A DNA stretch of 37,136 nt, from contig CAZKBE010000003.1 in assembly GCA_964551115.1 (NCBI GenBank), positions 1 to 37,136 on the forward strand, read 5' to 3'. The translations under genes were made by a program, and so were the position numbers. This document shows positions 1 to 7,637 of this stretch, in pieces. How positions within the stretch are numbered: position 1 is the stretch's first letter; each line of letters begins with the position of its first letter. Origin of the DNA: Candidatus Woesearchaeota archaeon (GTDB lineage Archaea; Nanobdellota; Nanobdellia; Pacearchaeales; GW2011-AR1). Under the pieces are notes generated by a model. That model was not told the DNA's origin. It did not search any database and saw nothing but the letters and a program-made list of their open reading frames with translations.

Positions 1-159
1 ATTCTAAAACAACACTACCCTGAAAAGTTTATGGAGTTTTATATGGATAAGTCAAATAGAGAATTAATACAAAAGGTAGCAAGAGGAGTTAGGTTTAAAG
101 ACGATATGATTTTTCTACTCAGCCCAGACTCAAGGGTACTAGACTTTAGATTTAATTAA
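1..159 (+). CDS. 3' end of an unidentified gene (5'-partial, start lies upstream of the window)
   Basis: Frame 1 is open from base 1 to TAA at 157-159. Hand translation: ILKQHYPEKFMEFYMDKSNRELIQKVARGVRFKDDMIFLLSPDSRVLDFRFN*. It is absent from the ORF track because it has no in-window start. No family recognised. Confidence 0.3.
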   Translation: MLKQHYPEKFMEFYMDKSNRELIQKVARGVRFKDDMIFLLSPDSRVLDFRFN

Positions 160-346
160 ATCTCATCCTAGAAATAGAATAATAAGAATCTTTCTCTCTA
201 CGGTGGATGTCCTCTACAACTAAGGCAGCATGAAGTCTTAAATCCCTTAATTCAGCTTGAGCAAGATTTCTAGGCCGAGAACTAATCCTTTCCACCGCAC
301 TCATTGTTCGCACCCTTAAATCTTCTGACAATTCATAAGTATCCAT
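152..346 (-). CDS. hypothetical small protein (64 aa)
   Basis: ATG-initiated ORF with a TATA-like element (minus strand CCTTAAAAA, 368-376) about 26 nt upstream. It is locally less AT-rich than its surroundings. No family recognised. Its 3' end overlaps the partial ORF 1-159 by 8 nt. Confidence 0.35.
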   Translation of the reverse strand: MDTYELSEDLRVRTMSAVERISSRPRNLAQAELRDLRLHAALVVEDIHRREKDSYYSISRMRFN

Positions 347-352
347 AAGGTA

Positions 353-391
353 TAAAATTAAACAAAGTTTTTAAGGCTTTGTTTAATTTTA
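353..391. promoter_or_regulatory. perfect 15-bp inverted repeat with a 9-nt spacer, enclosing a TATA-like element
   Basis: taaaattaaacaaag (353-367) and ctttgtttaatttta (377-391) are exact reverse complements. The spacer tttttaagg reads CCTTAAAAA on the minus strand, about 26 nt upstream of the ATG at 346. It lies 45 nt downstream of the stop of the 436-1305 gene, so it could be a terminator hairpin and/or an operator. Confidence 0.4.
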
Positions 392-435
392 AAATAGTAG
401 GCACTCAATTTCCATAAAATAAAAGATAGTCTATC

Positions 436-1305
436 TTAAATTTCCATCGCTATAAACTTTCCATCAAGTGCACTACCAACATTATAAACAGCCGACTTTC
501 CCAATTTAACCTTGCCAAAATTTTCATGCATGTGCCCACAAAAAACTAAATCCGGCTTATACCGTTTAATAATCAATCTTTCCTGATAGGAGCCATAGTG
601 ATTTCCTCTTGCAGGCCCTTTCCTAACTTTATCAAGTTTAGTATTATATGGGCAATTATGAGTTAAAAAAATAATTTTTTTACCAGTTTTCTGGCGAATA
701 TCTAAAGCTCTCTTAAAATTTAGATCATATAGTTTTTGTCTTATATTCCAATTTCTAGTTAATAATGCAATAGATTTCTTTGCTTCTTTTAAAGTTATAT
801 TTTCTTGTTTAACTAATTTCTCGACCATATTTTTCTTAATCCTTTGAGGTGATGTGGATGATACTCCCCCAACCAAAATAAAAGTATCAAACTCCTTCAA
901 ACTCAGATCAATAAATGAAAATTTAGAATTCTCTAACTTCTCAAAAACACTAACTCGATCTATATTTTCTTCATCTAAATCGCCCAGGATGTCTCTTCCA
1001 AATGGTGTTGGATCCCAATTTCCTCTTATAGAAAACATAGGAATTTTTAACTTCTTAAGATTTTTAATTAGCAAAACTCCCCTTCTAAATGAAATCTCTT
1101 CTAAACCTTTTAAAATTAAAAGATCTTTTAAACTAATTGATTCATCCTTCTTACCGTAAATTTTTTTAAAAAAGAATTTCGAAAGAGTCTTATCTCCACA
1201 AAAATCCCCTGGACTTAGAATTAAGTCCGGATTTATCTTTTTTATTTTATTCTCTAAGGATTTAGATAAATCGCCATGGAAATCGCCAATGACTAAAATT
1301 CTCAT
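436..1305 (-). CDS. calcineurin-like metallophosphoesterase
   Basis: Motifs seen: MRILVIGDFHGD, SPGDFCGD, GNWD, LTHNCP, CGHMHE. The start is set at the internal ATG 1305 (MRILVIGDFHG) because the minus-strand TATA (GTTTTAAAC, 1326-1334) sits about 25 nt upstream of it. That TATA lies inside the longer 1359 version of the ORF. Confidence 0.8.
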   Translation of the reverse strand: MRILVIGDFHGDLSKSLENKIKKINPDLILSPGDFCGDKTLSKFFFKKIYGKKDESISLKDLLILKGLEEISFRRGVLLIKNLKKLKIPMFSIRGNWDPTPFGRDILGDLDEENIDRVSVFEKLENSKFSFIDLSLKEFDTFILVGGVSSTSPQRIKKNMVEKLVKQENITLKEAKKSIALLTRNWNIRQKLYDLNFKRALDIRQKTGKKIIFLTHNCPYNTKLDKVRKGPARGNHYGSYQERLIIKRYKPDLVFCGHMHENFGKVKLGKSAVYNVGSALDGKFIAMEI

Positions 1306-1358
1306 ATTGTTTAGACAGAAAAATAGTTTAAAACACTTTCCAAAATTTCCACCAAACA

Positions 1359-1367
1359 TTTATAAAA
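1359..1367 (+). promoter_or_regulatory. TATA box (TTTATAAAA) for ppsA, leaderless spacing
   Basis: TTTATAAAA lies 29 nt upstream of ATG 1388 and is preceded by an A-rich BRE-like segment, ccaaaca. Confidence 0.45.
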
Positions 1368-1387
1368 CCCGTTCTCCTTAATACCTT

Positions 1388-3640
1388 ATGAAAGAGGGTT
1401 ATATTAGGTGGTTAGCAGAGTTATCTAAAAAAGACGTTCCAATTGCAGGAGGCAAGGGAGCTAACCTTGGTGAGATGTACAATGCTGGTTTTCCTGTTCC
1501 ACCAGCTTTTATTGTAACAACTGAAGGATTTCATTATTTTGTTGAAAAGACATCTATTAAAGACCAGATAAATCAAATGCTTTCTAAGATTGATATTAAT
1601 GATACTGGAGCCCTAACAAAAAAAGCAACAGAAATAAGAGAGTTAATTGTAGCTACAAAAATGCCTGAAGATCTAGAAAAAGAAATTCTAGAAGCCTATG
1701 ATACATTTAATATAGATCTAGATGGCATGAAAAACTCTTCATATGCCTTAGCTATAATGAAAACTGCAAGAGAACCTATATTTGTTTCAGTTCGTTCTTC
1801 AGCAACAGCTGAAGATTTAGGAGATGCGAGTTTTGCTGGACAACAAGAAAGTTTCATTAATGTAAAAGGAACTAAAGAAGTAATAGAAAAAGTAAAAAGG
1901 GTTTTTGCATCTATATTCACTGCAAGATCAATATATTACCGAGTAAAAAAAGGATTTGATGCATTTGTAGGTATTTCGGCAGTAGTACAAAAAATGATTA
2001 ATTCAGATAAATCCGGAGTAATGTTTTCTGTAAATCCTGTGACACATGAAAATATCATGATTGAAGCAGTCTTCGGTCAAGGAGAAGGAATTGTTTCAGG
2101 AGTAATCAAGCCAGACGATTATATACTCTCAAGAGATTTAGAAATATTAACAGAAAAAATACAAGATAAAAAGATTGCAATAGTTAGAGATTCTTCAGGA
2201 ATAACTAAAACAATTCAACTAAGCCCTGAAAGATCTATTCAAAAAGTTCTTCAAACGCATGAAATAAAACAATTGGCTGAATATGCCCTAAAATTAGAAG
2301 AACACTATGGAAAACCGCAAGATATAGAATTTGCAGTAGAAGATGGAAAAATATACATACTACAAACAAGAGCAATAACCACATTAGGCAATAAACAAGA
2401 AGTTCAAGAATTAGAAGGACAAGTATTAGTCCAAGGAATGCCTGCAAGTCCGGGAATTGGCTCAGGGATAGTTAGAATTGTCCACACAATGGAAGATTTG
2501 AGCAAAATAAAAGATGGAGATGTGTTAGTAACAGAAATGACTAATCCAGATATGGTAGTCTCTATGCAAAAAGCTTGTGCAATCGTTACAGACCAAGGAG
2601 GAGTAACTGCCCATGCAGCAATTGTATCAAGAGAAATGGGAATACCGGCAGTAGTAGGAACAGAAAATGCAACATCCAAATTAGAAGATGGAATGATAGT
2701 TACAGTAGATGGGTTCTCTGGAAAAGTTTTCTTAGGGAAAGCTGAAAATAAGAAAGTAGAAGTTCTTCCAATTATCCAGACAAAAACAAAGATAAAGGTA
2801 CTGGTAGATTTACCCGAATTTGCAGAAAGAGCTGCAAAAACAAATGCTTATGGAGTAGGTCTCGTAAGATTAGAAGGGATAATTGCATCAACTCAGAAAC
2901 ATCCCGTAAAATTTCAACAAGAAGATAAAATAAATGAATATCAAGAAATCATACGATTTAATTTAGAAAAGATTGCAGAACAGTTTATAGGAAAAGAATT
3001 ATGGGTTAGAACTTCCGATATAAGAACAGATGAATATTCCAATCTAGCTGGTGCACCAAAAGAAATAGAAAAGAACCCTATGCTTGGAATGCATGGAATA
3101 AGATTTTCTCTAAAAAATCTAGATATATTTAAATCAGAACTCTTAGCAATAAAACAATTAGCTGAAAAGGGCCATAAATTTGGTGTAATGTTCCCTCAAA
3201 TAATCTCTGTTGAAGAAGTTAAACAAGCAAAACAACTAATGCAAGATCTTGGTTTAATTGATGCTAAAGTAAAGGTAGGAGTAATGATTGAAACACCGGC
3301 AGCTGCAATTTTAATAAAAGATATCTGTGAAGTAGGAATAGATTTTATCTCTTTTGGAACAAATGATTTAACTCAATATACACTTGCAATTGATAGAGGT
3401 AATGAACAGGTTCAATATCTATATAATGAACTTGATTGGGCAGTAAAGAAACAAATCTCTCGAGTAATAAGAGAATGCAAACAACATAATGTAGAAACAT
3501 CTATTTGCGGTCAAGCTGGAAGTAACAAAGAAATGGTTAAATTTTTAGTAGAGCAAGGTATAGATTCTATTTCAGTAAATGCAGATATTGCAAGAGAAAT
3601 TTCTGAATTGGTTAAAGAATTAGAAAATAAAACCGCTTAA
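1388..3640 (+). CDS. ppsA: phosphoenolpyruvate synthase (pyruvate, water dikinase)
   Basis: 750 aa. N-terminal ATP-grasp region with GGKGANLGEM. Swivel domain with TNPDMV and the catalytic-His motif GGVTAHAAIVSREMGIPAV. C-terminal PEP-utilising barrel with GTNDLTQY. The length fits PpsA rather than PPDK. Confidence 0.9.
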   Translation: MKEGYIRWLAELSKKDVPIAGGKGANLGEMYNAGFPVPPAFIVTTEGFHYFVEKTSIKDQINQMLSKIDINDTGALTKKATEIRELIVATKMPEDLEKEILEAYDTFNIDLDGMKNSSYALAIMKTAREPIFVSVRSSATAEDLGDASFAGQQESFINVKGTKEVIEKVKRVFASIFTARSIYYRVKKGFDAFVGISAVVQKMINSDKSGVMFSVNPVTHENIMIEAVFGQGEGIVSGVIKPDDYILSRDLEILTEKIQDKKIAIVRDSSGITKTIQLSPERSIQKVLQTHEIKQLAEYALKLEEHYGKPQDIEFAVEDGKIYILQTRAITTLGNKQEVQELEGQVLVQGMPASPGIGSGIVRIVHTMEDLSKIKDGDVLVTEMTNPDMVVSMQKACAIVTDQGGVTAHAAIVSREMGIPAVVGTENATSKLEDGMIVTVDGFSGKVFLGKAENKKVEVLPIIQTKTKIKVLVDLPEFAERAAKTNAYGVGLVRLEGIIASTQKHPVKFQQEDKINEYQEIIRFNLEKIAEQFIGKELWVRTSDIRTDEYSNLAGAPKEIEKNPMLGMHGIRFSLKNLDIFKSELLAIKQLAEKGHKFGVMFPQIISVEEVKQAKQLMQDLGLIDAKVKVGVMIETPAAAILIKDICEVGIDFISFGTNDLTQYTLAIDRGNEQVQYLYNELDWAVKKQISRVIRECKQHNVETSICGQAGSNKEMVKFLVEQGIDSISVNADIAREISELVKELENKTA

Positions 3641-3685
3641 ACTTGCTTCTAAAAGATTTAAAAAGGAAATAAAAAACTTAAAAGA

Positions 3686-3973
3686 ATGACAAATATGATA
3701 AATTTTAGAAGCCTACTTGAAAGACAAGGATATGAAGTAACCGAGAAAAGTTTAGCAGAAACCACCGTAGATAGAACCATCCTAGTAATTGCCAAAAAAG
3801 AAAATGAAACATTTAGATACTTATTGAAACAATATCAATCTAAAGAATATACTGAAACAGCCATACTAATATATGACCTCTTATCTTCTGAAAAAACAAA
3901 CAAAAAAATACTCTACAGACATGGGAACGAAATCGCATATGATTTTGTTTCCTGGCAAACACGAAGAGAATAG
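3686..3973 (+). CDS. hypothetical protein (95 aa)
   Basis: ATG ORF with TTTAAAAA (3657-3664) 29 nt upstream. No family recognised. Confidence 0.5.
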   Translation: MTNMINFRSLLERQGYEVTEKSLAETTVDRTILVIAKKENETFRYLLKQYQSKEYTETAILIYDLLSSEKTNKKILYRHGNEIAYDFVSWQTRRE

Positions 3974-4015
3974 AGCTCTACAAATCTTTAAAAAGCAACC
4001 CTATTGAAATCATCT

Positions 4016-4432
4016 ATGGAATATGTTGAAAAAATATTAATCGTAGATGATGAAAAACCAATAAGAGAAGTATTAAAACTAATGGCAAATCTAAAAGGCT
4101 TAGAAGCAGATCTTGCAGAGGATGGCCTAGATGCTCTCTTAAAAATGGATCAATTAAGAAAAATACAACAATCTTACCCTCTGGTCTGTACGGATCTTTT
4201 TATGCCGAACCTGGATGGATCTGGCTTAATAAAAAAAATAGAAGAAAAAGTCGATTCAGGCGAGATACTCCCTCCAGAGATTATAATTCTAACTGGATAT
4301 AATCCTAAAATAACTACCCAAACAAACGAATCAGCACTAAATATAAGATATCATTTAAAACCCTGCGATCTAAGATTCATGGATAAGCTAAATAAGATTT
4401 ATAGAACCCTTATTTATCCTGAAAAACAATAA
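4016..4432 (+). CDS. stand-alone response-regulator receiver (CheY-like) domain protein
   Basis: ILIVDDE acidic pocket, phospho-acceptor context CTDLFMPNLDG, ILTGY, and conserved Lys in HLKP. The ORF-track start at 4004 is TTG. The ATG at 4016 lies 29 nt downstream of TTTAAAAA (3987-3994), so I use 4016. Confidence 0.8.
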   Translation: MEYVEKILIVDDEKPIREVLKLMANLKGLEADLAEDGLDALLKMDQLRKIQQSYPLVCTDLFMPNLDGSGLIKKIEEKVDSGEILPPEIIILTGYNPKITTQTNESALNIRYHLKPCDLRFMDKLNKIYRTLIYPEKQ

Positions 4433-4437
4433 AACAA

Positions 4438-5532
4438 TTATACAAATACCCAAATCTGTCTATTGACAAATTGATCATTTCTTTTTTCAACAATAGGAAA
4501 ATTAACATCTTTTAATGAATATCCTTTCAAACCACTCGGTCCGCAAATATCTTCCTTTTTTATTTCAACACCTTCAAAACATGGAAAAGTTATCGCAATT
4601 TTCGCATTTGGTCTTTTAACTTCCTTAAATTTTCTAAGCAAAGGAATAACTTTTGTCAAAAAATTATCTAAATATCTTTCTGCTTGCTTCTTAGATAGCT
4701 TTCTTCTAAGTATATCACCTAAAGAAGACTCCGCAACAATAGCACAATACTGCCTATTTGGTGCATTTATAGAATCTCCGCGAATAAATTCAACCTTAGA
4801 CTTAAAAGAATAATTATTTTTAAGCCAAGTCATATTCTCTTTTGCACCAGAAATAGCTTCTCCATCTAAATCAATTCCAATGCAATTAATGTTCATTAAA
4901 ACAGCCTCTTGGATAATACCTCCAACACCGCAAAAAGGATCTAAAATTAAATCGCCTTCTTTTGCACCAGAAAGATTTATTAAAATTCTAGCAATCCGAG
5001 GAGAAATTGCAAGACTTTCTCTTCTAACTGGCTTTTTCATATCTCTTTTTTCAACATCTTTTGAGAAAAACTTTTGCTCAACTAAACCTAAGAATATTTT
5101 AGAACCCTTAGAAAAAGCAAAAATTTCAACATCAACAGTAGGAATAAAAATATTTTCTCCGGATTGAAATCTAAGTTTCTTCCCAAAATTTCTTATTTGT
5201 GCTTTCTTTTTATCTTTTTTGAACTTACTAGAAAAAATAGAACTATCTAAATTTCCCACAAGGGAATAAGTAAATTTATCTAGTTCTACAAATTCGTGCT
5301 TATCTAAATAAGTAGAAAAATCAAGTTTATTAGAAAACTCCTGTAGTTTACCTAAACCGATTAACCCTCCAAAATTTTGAATATTAAACTTAAACTCTTT
5401 TTCTAAATCAAGTATTACTAAATTATCATTAAAAGAAACTTCTTTAAAAGAAACATCTCTTGCTTCCAAGTAAACAAATAGCTCCGCACGGGATAATTCT
5501 GGATTTCTACCTAAAACAAAAAAGTATTTCAT
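4438..5532 (-). CDS. Trm11/Trm-G10-like SAM-dependent RNA (guanine-N2) methyltransferase homolog with a degenerate motif IV
   Basis: SPRIARILINLSGAKEGDLILDPFCGVGGIIQEA matches the archaeal Trm11-family motif I region, after a THUMP-like N-terminal half. The expected IVTDPPYG is AIVAESSLG here. Confidence 0.65.
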   Translation of the reverse strand: MKYFFVLGRNPELSRAELFVYLEARDVSFKEVSFNDNLVILDLEKEFKFNIQNFGGLIGLGKLQEFSNKLDFSTYLDKHEFVELDKFTYSLVGNLDSSIFSSKFKKDKKKAQIRNFGKKLRFQSGENIFIPTVDVEIFAFSKGSKIFLGLVEQKFFSKDVEKRDMKKPVRRESLAISPRIARILINLSGAKEGDLILDPFCGVGGIIQEAVLMNINCIGIDLDGEAISGAKENMTWLKNNYSFKSKVEFIRGDSINAPNRQYCAIVAESSLGDILRRKLSKKQAERYLDNFLTKVIPLLRKFKEVKRPNAKIAITFPCFEGVEIKKEDICGPSGLKGYSLKDVNFPIVEKRNDQFVNRQIWVFV

Positions 5533-5553
5533 AGTTAGCTTAAAGTAGATGAT

Positions 5554-5561
5554 TTTATAAA
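5554..5561. promoter_or_regulatory. shared palindromic TATA (TTTATAAA) for divergent genes 4438-5532 and 5583-6686
   Basis: The palindrome centre at 5557.5 equals the midpoint of the two ATGs (5532 and 5583). Each ATG is about 25 nt from the centre. Confidence 0.5.
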
Positions 5562-5582
5562 TCTATATTATTTAGAAATTTT

Positions 5583-6686
5583 ATGCATTACCACCTAATT
5601 TTAACCGATGAATGTGACTCCCAGTGTAGGTATTGCTATGAAAAAAGTTTTAAAGAATTCGACAATGGATTAGACAAAAAATTCAAATTCTGTTTTTCTT
5701 CTGAAAATAAGGAAATTGACCTAAAAAAACTAAAAGACTTCGTACTAAGTGATCCAAAGGCTGTTTTGATATTTTATGGGGGAGAACCGCTTCTAAAAAT
5801 TGACCTTATAAAAAAAATAATAGATAGTATAGATGTACCCTATAGAATGCAAACAAACGGTAAGTTGCTAGACAAATTACCCATGAAATATCTAAAAAAA
5901 ATAGACAAAATCCTTGTATCTCTTGATGGAACAAAAGAGAGAACAGACTTTAATAGGGGTATAGGAACTTTTGACAAGGTAATGCAGAATATTGAAAGTA
6001 TAAAAAAACAAGGATATTCTGGGGAAATAATAGCTAGAATGACAATCGATCAAGACTTTCCAGATTTAGAAGAACAAGTAGTTTTTTTAAATAAAAAAGG
6101 ATTTAATTCAATACATTGGCAAATTGATTGTGGATTTTATAAGTTTGACTTTGATAAAAAGAAAATTAGTAAATTCTTCAAAGAATACAACAATCAAACA
6201 AAAAATCTGATGGGATACTGGATCTCAAAAATTGAAAAGGGAAAAGTTTTAAAATTTTATCCATTTCTAGGAATTGTAGAGAGTTTACTAAAAAATCAGC
6301 CAACAAAACTTCGCTGCGGAGCTGGGCATTCGGGTTACGCTATCACTTTAGATGGAAAAGTAGTTGCCTGCCCAATAATGAACTATATTGAAGATTTTAA
6401 TGCAGGTACACTAGATTCAAGTCCAAAACAACTAAAAAAATTTGATTGTTCAGAAGAATGTTCTAAATGTGATTATTACACCATTTGCGGAGGAAGATGT
6501 CTATACTGGCGAAAGGCAAACCTTTGGCCAGCAGAAGGCAATGAAATGATTTGTGATTCAATTAAATTTCTAATAGATGAATTAAAAGAGCAATTACCTA
6601 GAATTGAAAAAGCAATAAAGACAAAGAAGGTTTCCTTAGATGATTTTAATTATGAAAAGTATTTTGGACCAGAGATAATACCTTAA
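5583..6686 (+). CDS. radical SAM enzyme with C-terminal SPASM domain (peptide/protein-modifying maturase type)
   Basis: CDSQCRYCY (CX3CX2C) lies at the N-terminus. The C-terminal part has CGAGHSGYAITLDGKVVACP followed by CSKCDYYTICGGRCLY (CX2CX5CX3C). It resembles the archaeal AF0577-type family from memory; this is unverified. Confidence 0.85.
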   Translation: MHYHLILTDECDSQCRYCYEKSFKEFDNGLDKKFKFCFSSENKEIDLKKLKDFVLSDPKAVLIFYGGEPLLKIDLIKKIIDSIDVPYRMQTNGKLLDKLPMKYLKKIDKILVSLDGTKERTDFNRGIGTFDKVMQNIESIKKQGYSGEIIARMTIDQDFPDLEEQVVFLNKKGFNSIHWQIDCGFYKFDFDKKKISKFFKEYNNQTKNLMGYWISKIEKGKVLKFYPFLGIVESLLKNQPTKLRCGAGHSGYAITLDGKVVACPIMNYIEDFNAGTLDSSPKQLKKFDCSEECSKCDYYTICGGRCLYWRKANLWPAEGNEMICDSIKFLIDELKEQLPRIEKAIKTKKVSLDDFNYEKYFGPEIIP

Positions 6687-7264
6687 ACATTCAAGTTATA
6701 TTCAAAAACCTTATCATAGGGGATAGTTAATTCGCAAGTTTCTTTAATCGACAACTCTTCCATGATCTTTCTAAATAATCTAATAGAATTACCATGCGCA
6801 GAGATAGCAACATTCACTTTCTCTTTTTTTATAAAATTCTTTAAGTCTTTAACAAAGATTTTAACCCGTTTTTCAACATCTGAAAAACATTCTCCTTTCG
6901 GAGGCCGAATATTCCAACTTCGATGCCATTGATTAAACTTCTCTTCACCATATTCTTCTATAACTCTCTTATGGGATAAACCTTCAAACAACCCATAACT
7001 TCTTTCAATCATATGATTTGCTTCAATTAACTCTTTGCACTCTGGGTGAAACTTTAAGACTTCTTTTAAGGTATCCTTGCTTCTAGATAGCTTTGTTTGA
7101 AATGCTACATCTAACTGTTTGTTTTTTAATTTTTCTCCAATAAATTTAGCCTGTTTAACGCCTAAAGGAGTTAATTTAGAATCCTTCCAGCCAGTAAACA
7201 CCTTATCACGATTATAAAAAGTCTGACCATGTCTAAAAATATAAATCTTAAAACTCTCTTTCAT
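6683..7264 (-). CDS. histidine phosphatase superfamily protein (2,3-BPG-dependent phosphoglycerate mutase-like)
   Basis: Motifs seen: IFRHGQTFYNRDKVFTGWKDSKLTPLG (RHG motif), ERSYGLFEGL, WHRSWNIRPPKGE, SAHGNSIR. At 193 aa it is short for a canonical GpmA. Confidence 0.75.
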   Translation of the reverse strand: MKESFKIYIFRHGQTFYNRDKVFTGWKDSKLTPLGVKQAKFIGEKLKNKQLDVAFQTKLSRSKDTLKEVLKFHPECKELIEANHMIERSYGLFEGLSHKRVIEEYGEEKFNQWHRSWNIRPPKGECFSDVEKRVKIFVKDLKNFIKKEKVNVAISAHGNSIRLFRKIMEELSIKETCELTIPYDKVFEYNLNV

Positions 7265-7284
7265 AACAATATCTAAGAAAACAA

Positions 7285-7304
7285 CTATAAAAAGCTTTTT
7301 ATAG
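7285..7304. promoter_or_regulatory. perfect 20-bp palindrome ctataaaaagctttttatag, a bidirectional BRE/TATA
   Basis: The palindrome centre at 7294.5 equals the midpoint of divergent ATGs 7264 (-) and 7325 (+). Each strand reads TTTTTATAG about 28-29 nt upstream of its ATG. Confidence 0.55.
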
Positions 7305-7324
7305 CAGTATTACTTAAAGATATT

Positions 7325-7630
7325 ATGTGGTGGATAATAGCAATAGTACTTGTATTGATCATTCTAGCGTTTCTAAAATTTGAACACTATAATAAGACCT
7401 GGCACATGATGATCTTATTAGCAATTCTAGCTGTTCTTTACTTCTCTATGAGTACAATGATTCAAACAGGTAAAATGGACTTTAGTTCTCCAAGCACCAC
7501 AATAAATTCTTTGGCAATTTATATGGGCTGGCTAGGAGAGACAGGCTTAAAATTAGTTACACTTGGAAAAGATACGATAGTAACCGCCGGAAATGTTATC
7601 AAAAACAACCAAACGGAAGTAAAAAGATAA
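7325..7630 (+). CDS. small membrane protein (101 aa, 2-3 hydrophobic segments)
   Basis: Hydrophobic segments MWWIIAIVLVLIILAFL and MMILLAILAVLYF, plus the promoter above. No family recognised. Confidence 0.55.
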   Translation: MWWIIAIVLVLIILAFLKFEHYNKTWHMMILLAILAVLYFSMSTMIQTGKMDFSSPSTTINSLAIYMGWLGETGLKLVTLGKDTIVTAGNVIKNNQTEVKR

Positions 7631-7637
7631 AATAGTA

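Noticed and set aside
854-1159. 101-aa plus-strand ORF antisense to the metallophosphoesterase. Similar antisense or nested ORFs occur at 1696-1920, 2235-2447, 2404-2679, 4880-5167, 10574-10765, 13771-13992, 14104-14331, 23334-23615, 30956-31204, 33183-33437, 34365-34622 and 35823-36050.
   Set aside because: All lie entirely within longer ORFs that carry clear family motifs or paralog support. They have low-complexity composition.
1306-1359. 18-codon N-terminal extension of the metallophosphoesterase (MFGGNFGKCFKLFFCLNN).
   Set aside because: The extension contains the gene's own TATA-like element and would leave only 28 bp to the divergent ppsA ATG. The conserved domain begins at MRILVIGDFHGD.
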